From the human T2T-CHM13v2.0 reference genome, Homo sapiens, in NCBI RefSeq assembly GCF_009914755.1, contig NC_060926.1: a stretch of DNA of 64,000 nt. One strand, 5' to 3'. Positions 28,801 to 45,432 of this stretch are shown here, piece by piece. The notes under the pieces were generated by a model. That model searched no databases. It was not told the DNA's origin and was given only the letters and a program-made list of their open reading frames with translations. Position 1 is the stretch's first letter; the number at the start of each line of letters is the position of its first letter. A program made the translations under genes and the position numbers.

Positions 28801-29070
28801 TGTTTCAGGTGAGTACTCCAAGCAGCTGCTGAGAGGAAGTCACAAGTGCAAGGGATTTACTTGGTGAGAGGGAGGAAGAGAAGGCAGGGAGAGGCTTCAG
28901 ACCATGATACAGGGCCAACACCTTTGAAAGCATATAGGGAAGAAAAGAGGACCGAAGAGGGAAAGCCTCAGATATCATTATACCTCTGCAGAAGCCTTGA
29001 CTTGTCCAACAGGGAGCTCTGGTGCAATGACTGTAGAAGAGGCGTGCTTCTGCTTGAAACTCACCCATGT
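28801..29070 (-). mobile_element. LTR16A-like fragment
   Basis: GGCAGGGAGAGGCTTCAGACCATGATACAGG. Confidence 0.45.
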
Positions 29071-29089
29071 CTTCTCATCTGATGCAAAA

Positions 29090-29600
29090 TAAAATATGAA
29101 GTCTACCATGGCTTACAAGCCCTCTACAAACAGACCCCTAATATATTTCTTATGTCATCTCCTACTGCTCTTCCTCCTGACTCTTCCTCTTCTCAGTGAG
29201 TCTTGGACACCCAAGCATACTCCTACCTCAGTGTCTTTCCACTTGTTGTTCCCTATGCCTGGAATGTCCTTCTCTCAGCTTTTGGCATGGCTTGCTCGCT
29301 TTCTTCAAGTCTCTGCTTAAATATCACCTTCTCATTGGGGTTCCCCTGGCAATTCCATTAACACCTTCCCCATAATTCTCTGCCCCCTTACATCGATACC
29401 TGTTGCATCTTCTCACTCATCACCAAATGACATGCTGTTTGCTTGTGTATGTGTTCTGTGTGTGTATCCTCTCACCAGAATATAAGCTGGATGAAAACTA
29501 GGATTCTGTTCATTTACTGCCATATGTCCAGCAACAAGAACAGTTCCTGACACATAGTAGACACTTAATAAATATTTATTAAATGAGTGCTTGAATGAAT
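29090..29600 (+). mobile_element. L2a 3' end
   Basis: GCCTGGAATGTCCTTC...AACAGTTCCTGACACATAGTAGACACTTAATAAATATTTATTAAATGA. Confidence 0.8.
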
Positions 29601-29619
29601 TAATTGATTAAGCTGAAGA

Positions 29620-30500
29620 GTTAGGCAAGAACAAGATCAAAACAAGGTCTTGTGGCCTAAGACAAGGATTATTTTAAAAGCAAATCATTTTTTAGCAGGC
29701 AGATTGGCATGACCAGACAGTTTGTTAAGAAGCTCATTTGGACTGAAAAAGGAAGTATGGGATTCAGGGCAACAGATAAAAGGCAATTGTGATGATCCCA
29801 GTGAGTGATGATACAGGCTTGAACTATGATTATGGTAGGGGAGATAAAGAGATGTGAGGTATTTAAGAGGTGAAATCAATTGTGAAATATTGAATATTGA
29901 AGGATGAAGAAAAAGAAGATGTCAGATATGACAACAGAACAAAATAGAGACAGAACACTGGAATGATGAGATTTTGCATGGATGATCATGAGATCATTCC
30001 TGACCATATACAGTTTAAAATTGAGACATCAAGGATGCAGATGGACAATAATGTCTGGAGTTCAGAGAAGAAATCCTAGATGATTATATAAGTTTATAAT
30101 CCACCTGCATACAGATAATTATTGAAGTTGTAGGCACAGATGGAATTGCTTAGGAAGAGAATGGGGAATAAAAGAAAAGAATCTCCAGGAATAAGCCTTA
30201 AAGAATTACAATATTTAATGGCTAGGCCAAGGATTTTAATCCTTAGGAGACAGAGAAGAGGCAGCACATAAGTAGAATAAAACTAAGATTATTATGTCAT
30301 GAAAGTCAAGGGAAAAGAGAGTTTCAAAAATGAGAATGTCAAATTCTACCAAAAGATTAAATGAAATCCAGTTGGATTTAGCAATGTGAAAGTCACTGGA
30401 GGCCTTGATGACAGATTTGATGGAGGTAATGAAACTAAACATAACTTGGAGTGGGTTGAAAAGTAAGGAGAAAGGAAGTCAGCAAGTAGAGACAACACTT
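29620..30500 (-). mobile_element. L2 fragment
   Basis: GTCTGGAGTTCAGAG, GTCATGAAAGTCAAGGGAA, TTGGATTTAGCAATGTGAAAGTCACTG. Confidence 0.7.
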
Positions 30501-30684
30501 TCTAGAGGTTCAGACTGTCTGGGTCCAGACTAAATGGAGGAAGCATATTTAACCCTATTTTTCCCATGAAGTGCAATTTAAAACCTTGGGTTAAACACAT
30601 AAAGCAATGATCAGAAAACTCTGAAAGGTTGATAAATGCAGGTAACCCAATAATGACATCTAGACTCGAGAGATGACCAGGCAA

Positions 30685-30955
30685 AATATCTGAACAGACT
30701 GATCACCAAAAAAGATACACAGATGGAAAATAAGCACATTAAAAGATGCTTAACATCATTAGTTATTAGGAAAATCCAAATTAAATCTGCAGTGAAATAC
30801 CATTACATGTCTAGTAGAAGACTAAAATTAAAAATACCTACTCAAGTGATGGCAAGGATGCAAACCAACAGGTACTCTCATATCTCATTAGTGGGAATGC
30901 AAAATAGTACAGTCACTGTAGAAAACAATTTGGAAGTTTCTTATGGAATTAAACA
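30685..30955 (+). mobile_element. L1M (MB/MC) ORF2 3' fragment
   Basis: ORF track MENKHIKRCLTSLVIRKIQIK resembles the L1 ORF2 C-terminal region. Confidence 0.75.
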
Positions 30956-31310
30956 CTCTAAGTCCTCTGGACCCTAAGTACTAAGTCATCTTACACCCCA
31001 AGTCCTTGTTCTGCTTTGCCCATGCCATAGTCTGTCATTCTTTTTTCTTGTCTCTTGGATCTTTTGCATGATCCTGCTACAAATATCTTCAATTTGCACT
31101 GACTCTCAGAGCTTGCCTGCTTCTATAAATTCTGTAACCGACTGTACTGCTTTAGTTCAGGCTCGGGCTTGGCACCTGGCCAAATCTCTGTACCTTGGCA
31201 AACTGCCTGCTGGCCCTGAACTCCATAAGAAGGAATCAGACCAGACACACCTGCAGGAAGTGACCTTGGCATATAACTTAAAGGAAGGAAAAAGAAAGAT
31301 TTCATTTGCT

Positions 31311-31312
<2 letters not shown>

Positions 31313-31348
<36 letters not shown>
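31313..31348. repeat. (AC)18 microsatellite
   Basis: Direct count. Confidence 0.95.
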
Positions 31349-31351
<3 letters not shown>

Positions 31352-32284
31352 GTCATTCTAAGGAATTAAGATAGCCTTGCAAAGATTCCACAATGAAAGA
31401 GAGAGGAGAGGCCAAATCTATATAGCCCAAATTTTAAAGCACAGCATTAATGTTTGGGGACATGCTGTACAGAAAAAAATATATATCACATATTAAGCCT
31501 CATGTGTTACAACCTCTACTTTAGACAGAATATCTAATAATATTTCAAAGTTCAGTCTTCTCATGCAGACACATTAGTTAAATAATGAACTTTCAAGAAC
31601 AGCACAAAATGTCATCAGATTAACAGACATGTCTGCCATTTTCTCTTGCACGTGTTAAATAAATCCATTTGGTATTGATTTCACAGCTAAGTTTCAGCCT
31701 TGATGTAATTTTTACTGCCAAAGTAGATAAACAGTTCCTAGAAAAACTTGAACATGTTATTTTTACTCATCAGATGAGTGTTATACAGATTACTAGGCAA
31801 CTTGATCCACTGGGTGTTTCATTACAAAAGCTACCAGCTTGGAAGCTTACCATGTCCAGCTGGAGCTGTACTACAGGGACATAAAACAAGGACAATGTAA
31901 GAAATTCTAAGGAAAAATGTACATAAGATACAGTCTAAGTTCCAGCATATTTCTGACTCATGATCACTACTGCTACACAAAGATAATAATAAAGGAAGAC
32001 ATCTCACCCAAGAGTTCTGGCATTTGACCCTGGAGGTCTAGATAGATGTAATTTCATGTGGCAATATCCCCATATATACACATTGTGGCCCACTCACTGG
32101 GCAAACAGGCCTTTCCTTCCCAATGAGTGATTTCCCAATGGCTGGAGCTTTAGAAAGTATGAGGATCAATCCCATCTATATACCACGGCCTCACTTGTCT
32201 CTGAGTTTTTCTTTACCAGAAACACTCCTAGATTCAGTATACTCCCTCCCTTAAATTTGAGCAAAAAGGATCCCATGCTTAGAG

Positions 32285-32455
32285 CAATGTTTCTCAAATT
32301 GTTCTCAGAACAGCAGCATCAGTATTACCTACAGACTTGTTAGAAATGCAAATTCTTAGAGCACAACCCAGACCTAGTCAGTCAGAAATCCAGCGTGTTT
32401 TAATAAATCCTCCAGATAATTCTAATTAATCTTAAAGTTTGGGAGGCAATGCATT
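32285..32455. mobile_element. MER5A MITE
   Basis: CAATGTTTCTCAAA...GCAGCATCAGTATTACC...TTGTTAGAAATGCAAATTC. Confidence 0.85.
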
Positions 32456-33138
32456 GTGGGCCCTAGTCTGGTCCTCTTCTAGCAGTGCTCCTCCTCATAG
32501 AATGAGAAGTCCACAGGGCCAAGGGAGGTATTCCCCCCAGCCCCCTACTTCCACAGAGGTGTTGCCTCTCCATTCCAGATCCCTTTCTTGGTACTTGGAA
32601 CCTGAGAACTCACTGCCCAAGTGGCCTCAAGTCTGCTTCCAGGGTCTGCCTTCTCTAAGTCTGTCCCGCAAATTGGCCTGGCCACAATTCACAGAGTTGC
32701 CAAGAGAGAGCTGAGAAGAGTGGAATCACGTAAATGAAGATGTCTGTCCACACCTGTGAAGACAAGACCCCACCGCACTGAGGGAGCTGGGGGAGGGAAG
32801 CAAACGGAGCTTGTCTCTGAGTAGGGAGGAAGCCAGGAAGCGACAGTCCCTGTGCTACTCCACTTCAACCCAGAATTTGGAAGGTCTGACAGTTTCAAAT
32901 TTGAGCTCAGCCTGACAGGTTGTTATTAAGAAATATTTTTCAAGGCAGGAAGGATAATACATAATTGACTTAGTTTATTAGTTTGATTTATAATTTTCAA
33001 ATATTTAGACCTATGGCACCATTAAAAGATAAACTGGGACACAATAAAATTTTTAAAGAGTTTATTTGGGAAAATAGTGATTTATGAATCAGGAAGTTCC
33101 AAAAAGAGGTTTCAGGCTCTGCTGAAGAAGCATATGGG

Positions 33139-34018
33139 CGGGGAGGAGCCAAGATGGCCGAATATGAACAGCTCCTGTCTACAGCTCCCAGTGTGAGCGA
33201 CGCAGAAGACGGGTGATTTCTGCGTTTCCATCTGAGGTACCGGGTTCATCTCACTAGGGAGTGCCAGACAGTGGGCGCAGGTCAGTGGGTGCGCGAACCA
33301 TGCGCGAGCCGAAGCAGGGCGAGGCATTGCCTCACTTGGGAAGCGCAAGGGGTCAGGGAGTTCCCTTTCCCAGTCAAAGAAAAGGGTGATGGACGCACCT
33401 GGAAAATCGGGTCACTCCCACGCGAATATTGCGCTTTTCAGACCGGCTTAAAAAACGGCGCACCATGAGATCATATCCCGCACCTGGCTCGGAGGGTCCT
33501 ACGCCCACGGAGTCTCGCTGATTGCTAGCACAGCAGTCTGAGATCAAACTGCAAGGCGGCAGCGAGGCTGGGGGAGGGGCGCCCGCCATTGCCCAGGCTT
33601 GCTTAGGTAAACAAAGCAGCCAGGAAGCTGGAACTGGGTGGAGCCCACCACAGCTCAAGGAGGCCTGCCTGCCTCTGTAGGCTCCACCTCTGGGGGCAGG
33701 GCACAGACAAACAAAAACACAGCAGCAACCTCTGCAGACTTCAATGTCCCTGTCTGACAGCTTTGAAGAGAGCAGTGGTTCTCCCAGCACCCAGCTGGAG
33801 ATCTGAGAACGGGCAGACTGCCTCCTCAAGTGGGTCCCTGACCCCTGACCCCCGAGCAGCCTAACTGGGAGGCACCCCCCAGCAGGGGCACACTGACACC
33901 TCACACTGCAGGGTACTCCAACAGACCTGCAGCTGAGGGTCCTGTCTGTTAGAAGGAAAACTAACAAACAGAAAGGACATCCACACAATCAAAGACCAAA
34001 ATAGATAAAACCACAAAG
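33139..34018 (+). promoter_or_regulatory. L1 5'UTR internal sense/antisense promoter with intact YY1 site
   Basis: AAGATGGCC at 33151-33159; CpG-dense relative to the rest of the window. Confidence 0.8.
33374..33589 (-). CDS. ORF0: L1 antisense ORF0, intact 71 aa
   Basis: MAGAPPPASLPPCSLISDCCASNQRDSVGVGPSEPG...RFSRCVHHPFL*; start context GGGCAATGG; expression not shown. Confidence 0.75.
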   Translation of the reverse strand: MAGAPPPASLPPCSLISDCCASNQRDSVGVGPSEPGAGYDLMVRRFLSRSEKRNIRVGVTRFSRCVHHPFL

Positions 34019-35034
34019 ATGGGGAAAAAACAGAACAGAAAAGCTGGAAACTCTAAAACGCAGAGCGCCTCTCCTCCTCCAAAGGAACGCAGTTCCTCAC
34101 CAGCAACGGAACAAAGCTGGATGGAGAATGACTTTGATGAGCTGAGAGAAGAAGGCTTCAGACAATCAAATTACTCTGAGCTACGGGAGGACATTCAAAC
34201 CAAAGGCAAAGAAGTTGAAAACTTGAAAAAAATTTAGAAGAATGTATAACTAGAATAACCAATACAGAGAAGTGCTTAAAGGAGCTGATGGAGCTGAAAA
34301 CCAAGGCTCGAGAACTACGTGAAGAATGCAGAAGCCTCAGGAGCCGATGCGATCAACTGGAAGAAAGGGTATCAGCGATGGAAGATGAAATGAATGAAAT
34401 GAAGCGAGAAGGAAAGTTTAGAGAAAAAAGAATAAAAAGAAATGAGGAAAGCCTCCAAGAAATATGGGACTATGTGAAAAGACCAAATCTACGTCTGATT
34501 GGTGTACCTGAAAGTGATGGGGAGAATGGAACCAAGTTGGAAAACACTCTGCAGGATATTATCCAGGAGAACTTCCCCAATCTAGCAAGGCAGGCCAACG
34601 TTCAGATTCAGGAAATACAGAGAACGCCACAAAGATACTCCTCGAGAAGAGCAACTCCAAGACACATAATTGTCAGATTCACCAAAGTTGAAATGAAGGA
34701 AAAAATGTTAAGGGCAGCCAGAGAGAAAGGTCGGGTTACCCTCAAAGGGAAGTCCATCAGACTAAGAGCAGATCTCTCGGCAGAAACCCTGCAAGCCAGA
34801 AGAGAGTGGGGGCCAATATTCAACATTCTTAAAGAAAAGAATTTTCAACCCAGAATTTCATATCCAGCCAAACTAAGCTTCATAAGCGAAGGAGAAATAA
34901 AATCCTTTATAGACAAGCAAATGCTGAGAGATTTTGTCACCACCAGGCCTGCTCTAAAAGAGTTCCTGAAGGAAGTGCTAAACATGGAAAGGAATAACCG
35001 GTACCAGCCGCTGCAAAATCATGCCAAAATGTAA
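34019..35034 (+). pseudogene. L1 ORF1p (RNA-binding chaperone), frameshifted near 34222
   Basis: MGKKQNRK... breaks after KEVEN and continues as MELKTKARELREEC...NHAKM. Confidence 0.95.
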
Positions 35035-35097
35035 AGACCATCCAGACTAGGAAGAAACTGCATCAACTAACGAGCAAAATCACCAGCTAACATCATC

Positions 35098-38606
<3,509 letters not shown>

Positions 38607-38843
38607 ACAATGAGATCACATGGACACAGGAAGGGGAATGTCACACTCTGGGGACTGTTGTGGGGTGGGGGGAGGGGGGAGGGATAGCATTGGGAGATAT
38701 ACCTAATGCTAGATGACGAGTTAGTGGGTGCAGCGCACCAGCATGGCACATGTGTACATGTGTAACTAACCTGCACAATGTGCACATGTACCCTAAAACT
38801 TAAAGTATAATAAAAAAAATAAAATAAAAATAAATACATAAAT

Positions 38844-39580
38844 AAAAAGTCAAAAAACAACAGATGCTATCAAGGCTGCAGAGAAAAGGGAATGCTTATA
38901 TGCTGTTGGTGGGAATGTGGATTAGTCCAGCAACTGTGAAAAGCAGTCTGGAGATTTCTCAAATAATTTAAAACAGAACTACTATTCAGTACAGCAATCT
39001 CATTAATGGGTATATATCAAAATAAAATAAATCATTCTACCAATAAGATACATACACTCACATGTTCATTGTTGCACTGCTCACAATAGCAAAGATGTGG
39101 AATCAACCCAGGTACCCATCAATGATAGACTGCATAAAGAAAATGTGTTACATACGCACCATGGAATACTATGCAGCCATAAAAAAGAATAAAATAAGGT
39201 CCTTTGCAGCAACATGGATGGAGCTGGAGGGCATAATTCTAAGCAAGTTACAGCAGGAACAGAAAACCAAATACTGCATGTTGTAACTTATAAGTGGGAG
39301 TTAAGCATTGAGCACACATGAACATAGGTATGGGAACAATAGACACTGCGGACTACCAGAGGCTTCAGGGATGGGGGAGGATGGGTTAAAAAACTGCCTA
39401 TCAAGCCAGGTACTAGGCTCATTACCAGGGTGGTGAGATCCATACTCCAAATTTGAACATCATGCAATATTCCCATGTAACAAATCTGCACATATATCCA
39501 CTATGTCTAAAATAGAAGTTGAATTTTTTTAAAAAAGGTAAAAACTAAAATATAAAATAAAAAAAATTTAATAAAAAAAG
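38844..39580 (+). mobile_element. older L1PA15/16-like 3' end, probably carried as a 3' transduction
   Basis: AAAAAGTCAAAAAACAACAGATGCT...GGGAACAATAGACACTG...CCCATGTAACAAATCTGCAC plus a second A-rich tail, all inside the young L1's TSD. Confidence 0.85.
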
Positions 39581-40433
39581 AGAAGCATATGGGACAGGCT
39601 TTTATAGGGCAAATGCAGAAGTGAAGCAAATAAAATATTTGATTGGCTATATTCATACAGTTGCCTTATTTGGCCCAATCCACTGTAAAATACTTAGTTA
39701 TATAATTATGAGTTAGTGGCTTCCAATTGGTTGAGCTGAAGTTTTATTTTTCTCTAATAAGCAAGCATTTACCAGAAATGGCCCAACTTTCACTTATGTT
39801 TTCAATTCAAGCTAGGTTAGGGTTACTGTCAAAGCCTAGCTGTCTTTGTCTGCTCAAGGAATTGTGAGGGTTGGTCTCCATTTTAATTTACCTTAACAAT
39901 ATGTAGGGTCTATTTGTGTACTCTCCCTGGGCCCTGCAAAACTTAAGGGAGGGCCTATATGCTGTACCTATTTGCTTATCTTTTGCTAACATTGAGGCCT
40001 CAGCAAAATTACCTTTTCTTTACAGAAGGCTTCCCTGGTCCCCTAATGTATGCTCTGATTAGAACCATCTGGTTTGTGCTCCCATGTCTCTTCATAATTC
40101 TTTGCCCTGTGACTCATAAACTTTCCTATCATCACTTATTTTATGCCTGTTTCTTCTAATGAACTGTGAAGTCCAAGAAGGCCTCCATTCTGTATTTAGT
40201 ATATAGCATAGTGCGTGGCATACAAAATACCAAATAATGAGGGAGTTAATTATGATGGTAAGAATAGCAAACTTATATAGCCCTCACTATACTCACTATC
40301 TGACAGGCAGTACTCTAAGTGTGTGTATATATATATCTATATAGACACACACATATATATATTTCATTTAGTCCTAATAACCCTATGAGACAGATATTAC
40401 CATTATCTCCATTTTAAAATAAAGGAACAAATT

Positions 40434-42844
40434 TAATATAATTATTTGTCTCTGCCCAAATCACATGTTGAATTATAATTCCCAATGCTGCAAGTGGGGC
40501 CTGGTGGAAGGCGTTTGGATCACAGGGGCAGATTATAGCTTGGTGCTGTCTTTGTGATAGTGAATTCTTGTGAGATCTAGTCATTTAAAAGTGTGTGGTA
40601 CCTCCCTCACTCTCTCTCTCTCACTCTCTCTCACTTGCTTCTGCTTTCACCATGAAATGTGCCTGCTCCCACATCAACTTCTGCCATAATTGTAAGCTTC
40701 CTGAGGCCTCCCTAAATGCCTAGCAGATGAGAAAACCATGCTCTCTATAAAGCCTTCAGAACTGTAACCTGATTAAACCTCTTTTCTTTATAAATTACCT
40801 AGTCCCAGGTATTTCTTTATAGCAATGCAAGAATGGCCTAATACAGTAAATTGGTACCAGGAGTGGGGCATTGCTATAAAGATACCTGAAAATGTAGAAG
40901 CAGCTTTGGAACTGGGTAACGGGCAGAGGTTGGAAGAGTTTGGAGGGCTCAGAAGAAGATGGAAAGATGAAGGAACGTTTGGAACTTCCTAGAGACTGGT
41001 TAAATGGTTGTGACCAAAATGCTGATAGTGATAAGGACAGTGAAATCCAGGCTGAAGAGATCACAGATGGAAATGAGGAACTTATTGGAAAATGGAGCAA
41101 AGGTCATGCATGTTATGCCTTAACAAAGAACTTGGCTACATTGTGCTAGGGATCTGTGGAAGTTTGAACTTCTGAGTAATGATTTAGGGTATCTGGTAGA
41201 AAAAAATTTCTAAGCAGCAATGCATTCAAGATATGGCCTGTCTGCTTGTAACAACCTATACTCATATTTTAGAGCAAAGGAATGACTTAAAGTTGAAACT
41301 TGTATTTAAAACGAAAGCAGAGAATAAAAGTTTGGAAAATTTTTATCCTGTCCCTGTGGCAGAGAAAGAAAAAGCTTTTTAGAAGAATTCAAGCAGGCTG
41401 AGGAGTAACCACTTGCTAGAGAAATTTGCATAACTAAAAGCAGGCCAAATGCTGACGGCCAAGACAATGGGAAAAAGGCATTTCAGAGACCTTTTTGGCA
41501 GCCCTTCCCATCATAGAACTGGAGGCCTAGGAAGCAAAAATGGTTTTGTGGATCATGCCCAGGGCCCCACTGCCTTGCACAGCCTTGGGACATTGCTTTC
41601 CACAATCCAGCCACTTCAGGTCCATCTGGGGCTCAAAGGGATTCAGGTACAGTTTGAGCTTCCACTTTTGAGAATGGAAGCCATAAGCCTTGGTGGCGTC
41701 CTGTGGTGTTAAGCCTGCTTCTGTGCAGAATTCAACAGTAAAAGAGACTTGGCATTCTCTACCTTGATTTCAGAGGATGTATGGAAAGGTCTGGGTGTCC
41801 AGGCAGAAGCCTGCTGCAGGAGTGAAGCCCCCACAGAAAACCTCTATTAGGGCAGTGCAGAGGAAAAATGTGGAGTTGGAGGCCCTACACAGATTCCCCA
41901 CTGAGGCAGTGACTAGTGGACGTGTGAGAAGGGGACCACTATCCTCCAGACTCGAGAATGGTAGATCCACCACCAGCTTACACCTTGCACCTGGGAAAGC
42001 TTCAGGCACTCAACAACCTGTGATAACAGCCACAGAGGCTGTACCCTCCAAGGCCACAAGGCAGAGCTGCTCAAAACCTTGGGAGCCCACCATTTGTACC
42101 AGTATGCCCTGGATGTGAGACATGGAGTCAGAGGAGATTATTTAGGAGCTTTAAGATTTAATGACTGACCTGAGTTTCGAAACTACATAGCGCCTGTTGC
42201 CCCATTCTATCGGCCAATTTCTCTCTTTTGGAATGGGAATATACCCCCATTGTTTCTTGGAAGTAAATAACTTGTTTTTTTATTTTATTGGCTCAAAGGT
42301 AGATGGAATCCAGTGAGACTTTGGACTTTGAACTTCTGCGTTAATGCTGGAATTAGTTAAGACTTTGGAGAGCTGTTGAGAAAGCGAGATTGTATTTTTC
42401 AATGTGAGAAGGACATGAGATTTGGGAGGGACCAGGAGCAAAACTATATAGTTTGAAGATTTGTTTCTGCTCAGATCTCATGTTGAATTGTAATCCTCAA
42501 TGCTGGAGGTGGGACCTGGTGGAAGGTGTTTGGCTCATGGAGGAGGATCATGGCTTGGTGCTGTCTTTATGACAGTGAGTTCTCATGAGATTTTGTTCTT
42601 TTTAAAAATGTGTGGCACCTCCCCCACTCTCCCTTGCTTGTTTCTGGTTTTGCCATGTGATGTGCCTGCTCCCCTTTGCCTTCCACTGCGACTGTAAGCT
42701 TCCTGAGGCTTCCCTGAAGGCTGAGCAAATGCCAGCACAATAATTTCTGTATAGCCTGCAGAACCATGAGCCAACCAAACCTCTGTTCTTTATGAATTAC
42801 CCAGTCTCAGGTGTTTATTTAGAGCAATGCAACAGCCAAATACA
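40434..42844 (+). mobile_element. two-LTR MST (MSTA-like) MaLR provirus inserted in a MIR
   Basis: 5' LTR 40434-40845; ~1.6 kb internal region starting GTAAATTGGTACCAGGAGTGGGGCATTGCTATAAAGATACC and ending in a polypurine tract; 3' LTR 42444-42844. Confidence 0.9.
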
Positions 42845-43074
42845 TAGGTCGAGAGAGCTTAGGACTTAGTCTTAATAGTCACACAAGTGGCAGGATCAAG
42901 ACTTCAAATATGAGTAGAATGGATTTTTTAGGTTCTAAATGAGTAACTGGATGAATGAATGAATGAGTAGCCAAAACTAGCACAAGACATATTCTAAATA
43001 GTGCTGCACATGAAAAACAGACAAACCAAATTTATCTGTGGTGGTTAATTTTGTGCACCAATTTGACTGGGCTC

Positions 43075-45432
43075 TCTTGCATTTTTTATTTCATTCATAA
43101 ATATTTCAGGGGCAGGAATTCTATTTGGTTCTTTTTAATGATATCCATCTATTTGTTAAGTTTCTTACTATGAATTTGATTTCCTGATTTTGTTGAATTA
43201 TCTGTCTGTATTCTCTTGTATCTTACTGAGTTTCCTCAAGATCATTATTTTAAATTCCTTTTCTGGCAACTCATAGATTTCCTGTTATTTAAGGTCTATT
43301 ACTGAAGAGTTACTGTGTTTCTTTGGTAGTGTCATATGTCCTTGCTTTTTCATGTTTCTTGTGTTCCTGTGTCAATGTCTTTGCATCTGGTGGAATAGTT
43401 TATCTTGCAAACTTCATAGAGTGGCTTTTGTAAAGAAAGATTTTCACTTGCAGTTGGGTTTTAGTGTACCAGTTGGTGTGGTGACTCTGTTTTAGGATAG
43501 TTACAGTGGTATAGTCACTGTGCAACTTCTTCAGCTGCAATCAACCTCAGCAATAACTGTGAGTGACTCAATGGCCTGGGCTGCCGAAGTTTGTAGCAGC
43601 AGTGGTGGGGATGTAGATTGTTAAAGTCCTCAGTGGCAAGAGGTTTTGAGGCCCTTCTATTCTTATTTTTCCCACAATGGAAAGACTGAGCTAAGGTGAT
43701 CCTTCTTGGTGTTGAGTCTGACACAGCCTACAAGCAGCTACAGCATCACCGGGTTTCAAGTGCAGGTACTTATAATACCTGTGGAGCTGGGGTCCTAGGC
43801 TTTAGGTCTCACAAACCAAATGTGGCACCTGGGTCTTGAGGTTTAGGTTCACTCTCTGTGGCAGGATTGGATGTAAACTTCCAACAGAGCCAATATCTGT
43901 GACTCTGAAGCATGCTCCAGCAGCTCACAGTCAGGGGTCCAAGTTTTTCTCTGTTATTATGACCCTAGGGAGAAGGCCACAGCACTAGCTCAGCTTCAGG
44001 GAAGAAGAGAGGATCTGGAGGTTTGGGCCTGGGGAGCAGGGTACAGCTGCAATCAGGGAACCAGAGTCAAAAAATGTCCCAGGAGATAAGGCACCATCTA
44101 GTGGTGATTCTAGACCCTGGGACAGTGGGACTGAAAAGTATCCCAGACTCTGTGAAAGCAGGAGCAGCAGCAGCAAGGACTCCAGAACAGCGGACTGCAG
44201 CTGTCATTTAGACCCTGGGCGAAGGTGAGCAGCACAGTGATGATTCCACTCCCTAAGTGGTGCTAAGAGAAGTTTCTTAGCACCTCAGTCCCTAGAGGGC
44301 TAGGCTAGTCCTGTTCCAAGAAAGCAGGATATGAGAGTTTTTTGGCCTGCAAGGGTTGGTGTCTCAGCTTAGCCACTGCTCTGTTTCCCTGAGATGCAGG
44401 GTACTATAGCAGCCCTGTCCAGGGATTCACAACTGTCCAATTCACTAATTTCTTAGGGATCAACGTGCCATTTCAGCTCAGGCCTGGGGAAGCGTGACTG
44501 CTCTGGCCCAGCAACGTACAATTTTCCCAGGAGACAGGCTACCAATGTAGCACAGGCACAGGGGGCATGACTGCTCTGGGTTGCCAAGGCACCATTTCCC
44601 CTGATTGTCAGGTGTTGCTTCAGCTCTGGCACATGAGGGCAGGGCACAGAAGCTACTGAGAAGCGACTCTGCCCCAAGGCACCATTTCCCCAGGAGACAG
44701 TGTACAGCTTCAATTCCAGCTTAAGAGGATGGGACATAGCTGCCACTGGGAGGGGTAGGTGGAGCAGCTCTACTGCCCACTTGGCCCCCACAGGGAAGGG
44801 TGTAACAACTGCTCATAGATCAGCTTAAGAATGTCTGGACACAGGAAAAGGGTGATTCTGTGGCAGCTTAGACTCAGGGATGAAAGGGTGCCCTGGCTAC
44901 TCACCCCTGGAGCAGAACATACTCCAGCAGTAGTTCAATTTCCAAAATAGTATATAGTGCAGTAGGCACATGGACCACAGGGGGCAGGGCACAGTGTTGG
45001 CTCCTTCGTTAGCAGGAGTACAGCCACGTGGATTCCAGGCAGCTTCTTTAGCTGGGCTTAGTGCCTGTGAGGACTACAGGCGTCTCCAGTGGTCAGGACT
45101 ATAGTTGTCCAAGGTGCAGATGGGGGATGCTCAACTCCTCATGCTTACCTTTGCGCTGAAGGGCGATATTCCTCCTGGTTGCCAGCTGATCTGGGCTTGA
45201 GGATGGGGTTGTAGAGGTCTGGTGTTTCCATTCATTCTCTATGCGGCTATTCTGAGCTTCTGTGCTCACCAAGGTTTCTGTGACTTCTTTGATGTACTCT
45301 GGTGCTCTCCTTTAGTGATTTTCATCAAAATGTACCTGTTTATTTGTTGTTTTGGCTTTATTTGCCAGGGAGGGGGCATTGGGGTCACAAGCATTAGGGG
45401 ATTTTACTGGGCCATCTTGCTGATGTCATCCT
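43075..45432 (-). mobile_element. 5' portion (5'UTR plus start of ORF1) of an old L1M (L1MA/L1M2-type)
   Basis: Reverse strand starts GGATGACATCAGCAAGATGG, followed by a GC-rich 5'UTR and an A-rich ORF1-like tract; 3' part absent. Confidence 0.7.

Noticed and set aside
38662-38683. G-quadruplex-like G tract (also at ~56366-56387)
   Set aside because: A standard feature of L1PA 3'UTRs
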